Positions 1 through 31,700 of a stretch of 64,000 bases of DNA are shown in pieces; position 1 is the stretch's first letter; each line of letters opens with the position of its first letter. This stretch comes from Eledone cirrhosa (Eukaryota). The translations under genes were made by a program, and so were the position numbers. Location: positions 2,480,001-2,544,000 of the forward strand of contig OZ024743.1 of NCBI GenBank assembly GCA_964016885.1, read 5' to 3'. Under the pieces are notes generated by a model. That model was not told the origin of the DNA. It ran no database searches and saw nothing but the letters and a program-made list of their open reading frames with translations.

Positions 1-849
1 CCTTTTCAAGAATTTCGTAAATTCAAAAGTTCCAAAGTAAATGTTTTCTACACCTTTATTCATAGGTGGCGAATTGGCAGGGTTATTAGAAAGAGTGGAT
101 ATAATGGTTTGTGGTATTTGTCCTGGCTCTCAGTCCTCTGAATTCAAATCCCATCTAGATCAACTTTGCCTTTCATTCTTCCCGGGTTGGTAAAAGAAGT
201 ACCAGTCAAATACTGGAGTCAATTCCTCAACTATATCTCTTTCTCACTTCCTCGTTATCATACTTTCTCTTTCTCTCAAATAAATCAACTGTATTTAGAC
301 CTGAAAAAGGGATGGGATATGCCAAGTTTAAAAATCACCCAAGATACTGTATCTCACTATAGTGCCCCTATGTCTTCATCAGGAGTTACAGGTCTATATG
401 CCAAGTTTAAAAAACATCTAAGACATGCTGTATGTCACTACTGTATCCCTCCACAAATATATAAACCTGTAACTCCATCAGAGGCTTTGTACATCCCTGT
501 TAATAAATTTACTTCCACTAAACTAACTTTGCCAACTCCCCTTTATCTCTATTCTCTGTAGGCAATAATTTTATTTTATTTTTTAATGACTTAATGACAT
601 GATCATTTTTAAAGGGTATATAGGTCTCTTTTTTATTGTTGTTTATTAAGTTCCTATGAATAATTATTTGTGTATATGTGTGTGTTTCTATGCATATGTA
701 TGTATCTGGCTTCTTGTGTGTTTATCTGTGTTTGTCTATATATATATCTGTGCGTGTTTATCTATGTGTATGTATCTGTATCTGTGTGTATGTGTCTACT
801 TTAATATTCTATTTCTTCTGTGTTTCAGTAAATAATTCTGTTAACAACA

Positions 850-21620
<20,771 letters not shown>

Positions 21621-21739
21621 ATAAATATTTATATATATATATACACACACATACACACATATATATATACATTGGTGCAGTCTCGGTTACACACTCTGTA
21701 TTTATACAGATATAACCTTATCATATATATTTATACGCA

Positions 21740-22080
21740 TGCAAAAAGTAAACAGAAATAACAAAGCAAATGACACAGTACAATGAAGAAATATATTAGT
21801 TTCATACTTGATAGATATTTTAGGAAAAGAGTCTTAATATTACAGGTGCTAGTCCTTCATCAGATCCTTCAATAGAATGAGAAATTAAAGAAGAAATAGA
21901 AAGACAGAGGAGAGTGAGCAGGGGCAGAGATGAAACAAAAATTTCTTCGAGAAAAAGCAGGTCTGTTCATATTGCCATCTCCAAAACGTTAAGGACTCTT
22001 TTCCTAGTATATCAAGTGTAAAACTAATATACTTCTTCTGTGTATTTGCTTTTGTTATTTCTGTTTACTTTTTGCATATA
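21740..22080. mobile_element. Full minus-strand copy plus abutting inverted partial copy of the hammerhead-bearing repeat
   Basis: 21740-21981 is the reverse complement of the 15076-15295 family (CTGATGAAGGACTAGCACCT at 21843-21863); 21982-22080 restarts on + at aaaacgttaag. Confidence 0.65.
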
Positions 22081-22198
22081 TATAAGTTTACATGGACCCT
22101 CAAATTCATTTGGATTCCAACATTGGATTTTTACACTGACTCTACCTGAACTTCCACCTGAACATCTTTTCAAATCACTGGACTTTTTCATACATACA

Positions 22199-22253
<55 letters not shown>

Positions 22254-23118
22254 AGTGTGTAACTGTGTAGTGGTTGTGTGAATTAGTTAACTTCTCTTGT
22301 ACAAAACTCATTAAAAATAGTACCAGCAGCAACAACCACCACAACAGCAAAAACCATATTTACCAAACCTCAACTCTTATACCCACATATTTTTCTTCTT
22401 TTTTTTTTTGTTTTATTGTTCCCCCTGCTATTTTCAAAAGGTATATTGAAGTGAAGGTTATCTCAGTTTTCAACTGGATAAACATCATCACCATCGTTTT
22501 TACATCCAGTTTTCCATGCTGGCATGGATTGGACTGTATTGTTTGAGACAATGTTTTACAGTCAGATACCTTTCTTCACACCAACCCTTTTAAACACCTC
22601 TTACAACACTCAGGGATATGGTATACCTATTCTAAACTTGATGTCCTTCTTGATACAAACTGTTTTTGTTATCTCTTATGACACTCAAGGATATGATGTA
22701 CCTATTTTAAATTGGATGCCCTTCTTCACACCAACCCTTTTTAGTCACCTCTTATGACAGGAAGGGATACAGTATACTTATTCTAAATAGTGGGATAAAC
22801 ATGTCAGTTGTTAACCACAGAGTGTACTCACGGGAATACTTTGAATCCAGCACTGCCTGCAAACTAATATAACATTCTGAAGTTACTCAGTGCTCCCGCT
22901 GCCTATAGTGATAAATTGTACATCCTTCCTCCATTCTACTTACTATAGGTAGTCTGAATCAGTAGGTATATTCTATTTGGCCATAGACACAAATTAGTAT
23001 TGGTCACTCTGACTGTCAGCTTGATCTGGTCAGCTGTGATTCTATATTTTCCCGGTGATCATCAATAAATTCGCTGCTATACTCTAATCTTTAGTTGGTG
23101 AAGGAGCATGGCTTAGAG

Positions 23119-23410
23119 CAGTCATGGGCAATCTGCGGCCCACGAAGCTTTCTGAATGGCTCGCCGAAGTCACTTAAGTGAAATCTTTCCGAATTTTTTA
23201 CCCCAACTTTTCAGTTGTAATTTATCTTTCCGAATTTTTTACGATCAAAGAAAACAATGTGTACGAATTCTGAAAAAACAAATCAAAACAACCTGAGTTA
23301 CAGCCCTTTTTCTTTAATGTGGGCACGAATGTAAATTAGCGCGTGTGGCCCGCCTGATGATGAGCCATATCTCATGCGGCCCACTTCTCGAAAAAGGTTG
23401 CCCCTGCCTG
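23119..23410. mobile_element. hAT (Charlie-like) MITE inserted in a tRNA-derived SINE B
   Basis: 8-bp TSD GCTTAGAG (23111-23118, 23411-23418); TIRs CAGtCAtGGGCAA / TTGCCCcTGcCTG; decayed relative near 46760-46903. Confidence 0.88.
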
Positions 23411-23689
23411 GCTTAGAGGTTCAGGTGTTCCACTCACGATTATAAGGCTGTGCGTTTGATTCCCTGTGGCATGTTGTTTTTTTGAGAAAGACACTTTATT
23501 TCATGTTACTTTAGTCCACTCAGCTAGTAAAAATTAGTTGAAGCTGTAATTCAAAGGGCCAGCCTTGTCACATACTTGTGTCATGCTGAATCTCCCTGAG
23601 AAGTATATTAAGGGTACACATTGTAACTGATGACATCAATTCCCATTTTTCTTCTCTAATTTGTATTAATTTATTATTGTAAAGAGCTG

Positions 23690-24275
23690 GTGGTGTGCTA
23701 ATGAAGAAGAGAGTGTCATTGAAACTGAAGGGAAAGATGTATGCTACATATCTGAGAAGTGCCTTGGTTTATGCGAGTGAGACATGGGTGATGAATGTGG
23801 AGCAGCAGAGAAGGCTAGAAATAACAGAATTGAGAATGGTTCAGTGGATGAGTAGTGTGCTGCTGAGAGAGGGGGATACAAACAATGAATAGCAGAAGAT
23901 GATGGGAATAGAACCAATGATGGATGTTGTGAAGAGAAATGGAATAAGATGGTTGGGTTGTGTGTTGAAGAAAGATGAAAGTAACTGGGTAAGAGAGATA
24001 CAGGCAGTGCTGAATGTTATAAAAGAGATATGGAATAAGATGATTGGGTCATATGTTGAAGAAGAAAGTAACTATGTGAGAGGAGTGATGGAAATGAATG
24101 TGGAAGGAAGTAGAGTGAAAGAGAAGACCAAGAAAGGCATTCTAAAATGATGGAGGAAGAAGTGAATGCTAGGGTGTTAAACGAAGAGGTGGATATAGAT
24201 GAATGAGCAAAATTGAAACTCTTGTTATGGGGCCTACAATGCTGACCCTTACTTTAGCAGGGAAGATAGCCATAA
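23690..24275 (+). mobile_element. Old degenerate RTE LINE 3' fragment
   Basis: SLKLKGKMYATYLRSALVYASETW..E.RM..WM; IRWLGCVLK. Confidence 0.75.
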
Positions 24276-24475
24276 ATGTCTGTTGTTGTTGGTGGTGGTA
24301 GTGGTGGGCAGCATCAATTCTTAATACATCATTCATTTGTATTACAATATCAAACACAAACACTGAAAATTATTTATTTATTATTGTGTAAATATATGTG
24401 CATAAATAAACATATTTATTTGTATATACATATATCTTTGTATGTATATATATATATATATATTAGTATACATAC

Positions 24476-24515
<40 letters not shown>

Positions 24516-24588
24516 GGTGTTGGATGCTTAAAGCATCCGTATGCAGTAGGCCGTATGAGCACTTGATGCTCTCATAGAGCAGAGTATG

Positions 24589-24910
24589 ATATCACAGAAA
24601 AAAAGAGAATCAGTGTTGCGACGAATGGAATTTATTGGACATATTACAATCGTTTTTCTAGCGACCAGCTCGAGGCACGATTGATGTGATGATCGAACCT
24701 GACTCTGAAAATGACAAGGTCCTCAGATACGTCTTGATTCTACAAAGAAAAATCTGCTTTGTAGAATCAAGATGTATCTGAGGACCTTGCGATTTTCAGA
24801 GTCAGGTTCGATCATCACATCGATCATGCCTCAAGCTGGTCGCCAGACAAACGATTGTAATATGACCAATAAATTCCATTCGTCCCAACACTGATTCTCT
24901 TTTTTCTGTG

Positions 24911-24914
<4 letters not shown>
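24589..24914. repeat. About 325-bp near-perfect palindrome (two ~158-bp arms, 9-nt spacer)
   Basis: atatcacagaaaaa..tacaaag [aaaaatctg] ctttgta..tttttctgtgatat. Confidence 0.93.
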
Positions 24915-24941
<27 letters not shown>

Positions 24942-25481
24942 ATTTCATTAACTGTGTAATTATTTGTACATAGTTATAAATAATTTCTGTAATAACACAA
25001 ATAGAAATTGCACCCAGTAGATGATTCTAATGAAAACTATACAAATTAATTGTAAAGCCATGTACACACATATACATACACAGATATCTATTAGGCAGTA
25101 CATCTAATGTTGAATCTTTCACCATATCCCAACCAAGGTATGTGATATCTCACCCTCCCTTTACTTATGAAATACAGGTAATTTGCAAATGCTGTGATAT
25201 TTTGTCATCCAGCATCCGGAATATAAAAAGTGGGCTTTAATGTGATTTACAACTAAGAAACTATCAACCAAATCTTCAAATGTAAAAATAATTTCTTCCA
25301 GTAATACTAAATCATTCTCCTACACAGAATATTCCAATTCATATACTACTGTAAACAATACTCCTGGAAAGAAAACCATTATTTTTGCTACCTTGGTTCA
25401 CTCTAAGCTTCACATTCCATACACAAACACTAACATTATCTTCATATGCCTCTTCACTTACTTTTCATATTCATCCTTTAA

Positions 25482-25691
25482 CCCTTTAGCATTTAAACTG
25501 GCTGTATCCGGCCATAATTTTCAATTCAAACCAGTTGTAACCGGCCACTCATACTTATGTTAAGGTATTGTTCTCAAAATAAATAATATCAAAATCTCAT
25601 AGATTCGATATTATGTGAAATTATTATGTAAGATAATGCCTTTACCATAAAAATACAATAGTATATACAGAGTTATGCAAATGCTAAAGGG
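25482..25691. mobile_element. piggyBac-like MITE
   Basis: TTAA|CCCTTTAGCATT..AATGCTAAAGGG|TTAA; inverted copies at 51456-51663 and about 43781-44000. Confidence 0.85.
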
Positions 25692-25846
25692 TTAAGTTGC
25701 CAAATACAACAAATTCTTCATTGTTATCTATATTTTATATTAAAATCTTCCAACTGTTACATGAGTTTTGTTTTCTATATTTAAAAAAAAAATTGTTAAA
25801 ATCATACATCTAACAATTTTATGAGTTTTAAATAGCTTTAACGTGT

Positions 25847-26458
25847 AACATCCTGTACCACATGAAACTGCATGAGTACAAAACACACTGTAACTACATC
25901 ACATTCAAAATTGAAGTCTTTACTCTAATACTGTAAATTTTCACAATCTGCCCACTAGTAAAAATACTATAAACATTTGAATTTACAAACCACAGGAAAC
26001 CACATTAGCAAAACATTCTTGAAAAGTGCAAAACAGCACCATGATTGCATCACATTAAAATTAAAGTCTTTAATTTATTACACTGCAAATTTTCATAATG
26101 ATCTGTCCACTAGTAAGATATGATAAACCTTTGAATTAACAAACCTGTTTTTAGTTATTTTCTGCTAAATCATTTCAGTATGTTAAGAGTTAATACTGTA
26201 ACTTTTCATAATGGTCTGTCAAGGAGTAAAGATATTAACATTTGAATTAACAAACTTGTTTTAAGATATAAAATTGCTATAAACATTTGAATTAACAAAC
26301 CTGTTTTTAGATATTTTCTGCTAAATCATTTCAGGCTATTAAGAGTTAATATTGCAAATTTTCACAGTGCTCTGTCCAGCAGTAAATATATTATAAGCAT
26401 TTGAATTAACAAACTTGTTTTAAGATATTTCCTGCTAAATCATTACAGGATGTTGAAA
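25847..26458. mobile_element. TIR element with internal tandem expansion
   Basis: aacatcctgta..tacaggatgtt termini; repeated tttgaattaacaaac blocks; relatives at 44070-44240 and 58759-58955. Confidence 0.6.
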
Positions 26459-26897
26459 GTTACAGTAATAATTACCAATAATATGCTGAAAGTATTTTTC
26501 GTTTATTGATTTTGTCTGCTGGCAGGAGCTGTACCCCAACCCAGGCCCATCACCATATTGAAGAGGGGCTACATGATTGCACCCCCCCCCCCTTTACTTT
26601 TCAATGGGGCACCCTCAGATTTAGCAAATATGATGATATGCTTCTTCAGAAGCACTGACACAGAATTATTACCAATTAGATTGTCCACCTAGAAGGTTCC
26701 AAAACCTAGCAGCCCACACACACTCAGTACCTGAGTACCCAAGTCTTGTGACATACTTGCACATGGCCTTTGCAAACTCTCCAAAATTGTTGAGATTGGT
26801 ATGGTTAACATTCCTCTTGAACAATTACAAATTGAAAACTATTAAACAGCTTTCAATTCAATATCAGTAATATACTGAGCATCCATTCTACCAACTA

Positions 26898-26998
26898 CAG
26901 GATGTCCCAAAAAAATGTACACACAATTTGAATACCTGTACAGGCAATATTTATTAGAATGCTGTTGAAGTGTGTATACATTTTTGGGAAACACCCTG
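26898..26998. mobile_element. Tc1/mariner-type MITE
   Basis: TA|CAGGaTGTCCCAAAAA..TTTTTGGGaaACACCCTG|TA with TA TSD. Confidence 0.85.
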
Positions 26999-27399
26999 TA
27001 TATCAACTAGCAATTTTAAGCATCTAATCTGCATATGACACAATCGATTTTGGATATGTAAATATAGTTCTCCTATAAATATATTTTTTTAATGATTCTA
27101 GTTATTGACAGACCATAAGTAACTAGTTTATCATGATTCCAAAGTAATGTGGACTAAGTACCTTATTGAAGGTTCTTTGGTGCTAAGAGTTTTTCTTTTA
27201 ATTTTATTTGAGTTTGTAATTGTATTATGCATGGTGTGTTTTTAGTTAGCTTAAGCTTATTGTATTTTGTTGTTGGGTATGTTTTTTAATACTTAGAACT
27301 ATGTTAAGGGTGAAAATATCTGTGGAATGCTCAGCCACTTGCACATTAATTTTACTAGCAGGCTGTTCTGTTGATCAAACAACTGGAACACTTGTCATT

Positions 27400-27757
27400 G
27401 GAACCAATAAAGGTTCACCATATAGTTGTTGGAATTGTCTGAGGTTCAACTTGTAGCCATCGGAACTGACAGGGGTCCAACACATAGTTGACAGAATTGA
27501 CAGGGCTCCAACTCATATTTGTTGGAACTGATACAGGTTCAACTTATAGTTGTCAGAACTGATGGAGGTCCAACTCATAGCTGTCAGAACTGATGGAGGT
27601 CAAATTCATAGTTGTCAGAACAGATGGAGGTCCAACTAAGTCGTCAGAACTGATGGAGGTCCAACTCATAGTTGTTGGAACTAAGAGAGGTCCAACTTAT
27701 AGTTGTCAGAACTGACAGAGGTCCAACTTATAGTTGTCAGAACTGGCTGAGGTCCAA
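27400..27757. repeat. 30-bp minisatellite, about 12 copies, amplified from a SINE body
   Basis: Unit atagttgtcagaactgatggaggtccaact. Confidence 0.88.
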
Positions 27758-28644
27758 CGTACACCCTCTCTGATAGTGCCACCCCAATGACGCCAGATCT
27801 CACCTAGTGATACCACTGTTCTAACTCTAACCATAAATATAACTGTAACTGCAACCCTTAAACCTAACCTTATACTCTAAACCTAGCCCCTGAGATTAAA
27901 CTTTATCTCTAGCCTCTAAACCTAAGCCCTAGCATTGATTTATATAATGTTTATTTCAATTTGAAGAATCCCTTACACCAGCCTGATCGAGTAGACTTAT
28001 GATCTTGTTCAACGATGTTCCAACCGAGGTCACCCCCTGTTCCAACCGAGGTCACCCCCAGCTATATTTCTCAACATAGTGCATTCTTCCAATGGGTCCT
28101 TTCATTAATGTGTAGGACCTCCTTTGATTCCAGCTGTTTGATCAACGGAACAGCCTGCTAATGAAATTAACGGGCAACTTGCCGAGCATTCTATAGACAC
28201 GCGTATCCTTCACGAAGTTGTAGTTCTGAATCACAGCTCCAACACATTTTCTCCAGCTGTGTGGACTGGAGCAACTAAATAAGATACCAGTCTCAAGAAC
28301 AAAATGCGCCGCTGAGAATTGAACTCACGAACTTAAGATTGTGAGCCAAACACCTTAACCGGAGATTTGACAGCTAGTTTAAACAGATCGAGCAACTGTA
28401 GGATAGTTTCCTTGTTCAGCACCGACAGATAATACTACTTCATAGACGTTGTGCAGCTGCAAAACAGTACACACATATGCGAGTACACGTTTACACTTAC
28501 AGACACACACGGTGGAATAAACATGCACATGCACACATGGGAACACAAACACGCAGAGACACACACAAGGGAACATAAGCACATACAATTACACAAATTT
28601 AATCAAACTAGGTCCCACATTATTCAGAAGTAGAGCGGCAATGT

Positions 28645-28666
28645 GTGACGTCACTTCCTCTTCCGG
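28645..28666 (+). promoter_or_regulatory. Overlapping CRE/ETS motif (GTGACGTCACTTCC) plus a second ETS core (CTTCCGG) in the THOC2 proximal promoter
   Basis: Perfect TGACGTCA palindrome overlapping CACTTCC, 30-50 bp upstream of the THOC2 ATG in otherwise CpG-poor DNA. Confidence 0.65.
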
Positions 28667-28695
28667 AGTGTGAAACATTTATGCTCCCGAGTAGA

Positions 28696-28760
28696 ATGGC
28701 TACCATCAAAATTACCGTGGAGGCCTGTAAAAATTGGGAAAAAAATGGGAAAATAGAATT
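28696..28760 (+). CDS. THOC2: THOC2 exon 1
   Basis: [23 protein letters not shown]|gtaagt. Confidence 0.88.
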
Positions 28761-31700
28761 GTAAGTAATATATTATTGATCTCTAATTTTATATTTATCA
28801 TCCACAGCGACATTGCAATCATTTCAGACAGCCTAAATTAATGTTGTAGTTATGACGGTTATATATATATATGTATACACATACAAATATATATTTATAT
28901 ATATACATCCTTGCATACATACAGGTACATATTTGTGCTACAAACGCCAAGCGGGAGTCGGTTGTTTTATGTTATTTATCAAAGAATAGACTTCATGCTT
29001 GGAACTTGTTTTAAGTTGATGCTTTTGATAAACCCTCATTAGTATTTTGCCGAACCATAGATCGTAAAACAGATTAAATCAAGCAAACATCAGTAATTTC
29101 TCTGCCATTAAGTTAGTAACAATGCCACCAAGATGACGGCATGAACGTCACAGAAACTAGTTTTCTTTTTAAAAAAAGCAAAAAAGAAAAACCTTGCCTG
29201 GAATAATTAAATGAAAGCTAATATTTAAGTTGTCAATTTTAATACATCTTCCGCCGTTAACTATGAACAGCATGTAATCTTTTTTGTTTTTGTACAAATA
29301 TCATGTGTGCGGCTTTATGTAAGAAATCATGTCTGTGATTATTATTATATATATATATATATATATATATGCAAAAAGTAAACAGATAAAGCAAACGACA
29401 CAATGAAGAAATATACTAGTTTAACGTGTTATATGCCGTCTTAATCAAAGATATGTATGACCATGCTGTACGCCGTTAATGATATAGAAAATGACAGGAT
29501 GGTCACGGCTGGAACATCGATACTAGATCTGTTGGTTTAGCAATGAACTGGAGCTGAACATCAATGCCACCAATACACAAGAAAGTCTCTACTCGTTTGA
29601 CTTGTTAGAAATAACAGCCATGTCTCCTTAAAAACGGAAGGACACACTGGATCATGAATGTAAGTGTCCTGATGTACTGACCTGAAAACGATAAGATGAT
29701 GTGCCGCAACCTATTTTATCATGTCTGCTCAACTAGGGGGCAGGCCTATGGCTACACATCATAGATCCCACCAGCCAACGAGATAGAATTTACTCAGTCG
29801 CTCTAGTTGCTAGAAATAGCTCCCAAAATTGTCTCAAATCATTCCTGTCCTTTTAAAGAGCTTGGACACATTATGTAACAAAATGACAGACTGAATTGTA
29901 GCAGCTAAAGAGTTGTTTTTTTTTTAAATATATAGTGCTGAGATTATTGAAAAATGTAGAAGGACGTTGTTGTGAGAATTGCATTTATTGTCCTAAGTCT
30001 GCTCACTCATGACAATCTCAGAGTTAAACAACATGGTCTATTACTTTTTAAAGATTTTTTTTCTTTAGCCAAATGTTTGAGTAACTTGACAAATTCCTTG
30101 CTGAATCTATACAGAGCTTCAAGGAGACAAAATATCCCTCTAATATAGCAATACCTATGTATCTTTAATACCTTTCAGGATATACAAGATATTAATGTTA
30201 TAACAACAGGCTATGATTAATTTTAAAAATTAATCATTGTAATTATTGAGACACATGTTGGCTCTGATCAAAGGTGTTTCACATATCACCATCTCGTGTT
30301 CTGAGGTATTGTATATCTCGAACTACATGCTTTGAAGTGTCCTTTCCTTTTCCAAGACAGTAAGGGCGCAATTTGAGGCAGCATTGACTGTCATTTCATG
30401 CAAGTCGAGCGATTGCGTCGATGCTCTTCTGTGTACCTGTTTTGGTATTTTGATTATCTTATTTAATACTAGTTTGCTGCCTTAAAGCAAAATTGTATAT
30501 TTATTTATATATTCAAAGCTTAGGGCACCAACTCAATTCTTTCTGTTGCCTTTTCTCACTCTCCTGTTAATGAACAATCTCTCCCACTGATAGATAAGTA
30601 TCTATAGTCGCTTAAGTAGGAGTGTATGTATAATAGTAAGTAGTACATTTTTTACTGGGCTAAAAGTGCAGACTAGTTTCGATGTTCACTTGTGAGCTTG
30701 TCACAGTAGTTAAATGCATTTAAATACCCTACATGAAACTGCCCTTTTTTCTACAAAGCTGTTTGTTATAAAATGTTTATGATTATTTTTAAAATGTTTC
30801 ATCACAATTTTAGGTTAGAACCTTTATGTTCTGAACATCTGGTTCTACAATACAAAACTTTGTTTTAAAGTGTGTATTTATCTAAAAAATCTTGTCATGT
30901 TATGCAAGAACATTTATGTTCCAAACACCAGCTTAATAATGCGAAAGTTAGTTATTACAAAAGCGCTCCAAATTCTTGATTATTTTCAAAATTATTCGAA
31001 AATCTTATACATTGTCTTTCATTAGAAATATGGCTATGGAAGGGTTTAAACGACAGTATTTTAATTTTGTCAACACGAATTATTCTTGTGAAATGTTTTT
31101 ATGATCAATATCTGCGTGTATGTTAGTTGGCCGGTTGGCTAGCTGTTGATGCTCTTACATTCTGATCTTTGGTGAATTTTATTTTATCTGTATTTATTTG
31201 TTTATTTAAACAGGTTTCAATAGTTTTGTACTTTTCCATATTTTACTATTTAAAAAAAAACAACAAAAAAACAATTATACTATGGACTCGATTTGGGGGG
31301 GGGGGTTGTTAAATTTGTTTTACCGCCCCAGCCGAACAAAGTTTTATCGTTGCTATTTTATAATTTAGACAATTAATTGTTGGACATAGAACAATGTAGA
31401 CGATTGTGTATTTTATTTACATTATATTCCCTTCGACTTATCGATTTCCAGTTTTTATGTTTAGTAGAAGAGCGAATAAAAAGTATGAAACGTTTTCGTG
31501 GCCATATTGTATGTTTTCTTCTCGATATTTTATAAACTTCCTCCTTGATCAAATAGCGTGCTCTGATGATAGATCGACAGATAAGGAGATTATGTAAACC
31601 TATAAAGTATTAATGGATAACTTTCAAAAGTTAAGTTGCATGTGTATTCTATTTGTTAAAACCCATAAATCTGAGCTATGTTTATCATTTAACAGTATAA

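Noticed and set aside
27400-27757. Regularly spaced ~30-bp repeats suggesting a CRISPR array
   Set aside because: Contiguous degenerate units with no unique spacers, eukaryotic context, no cas genes.
27820-27932. Telomere-like ctaacc/cctaaa repeats
   Set aside because: Short and highly degenerate; not a (TTAGGG)n array.
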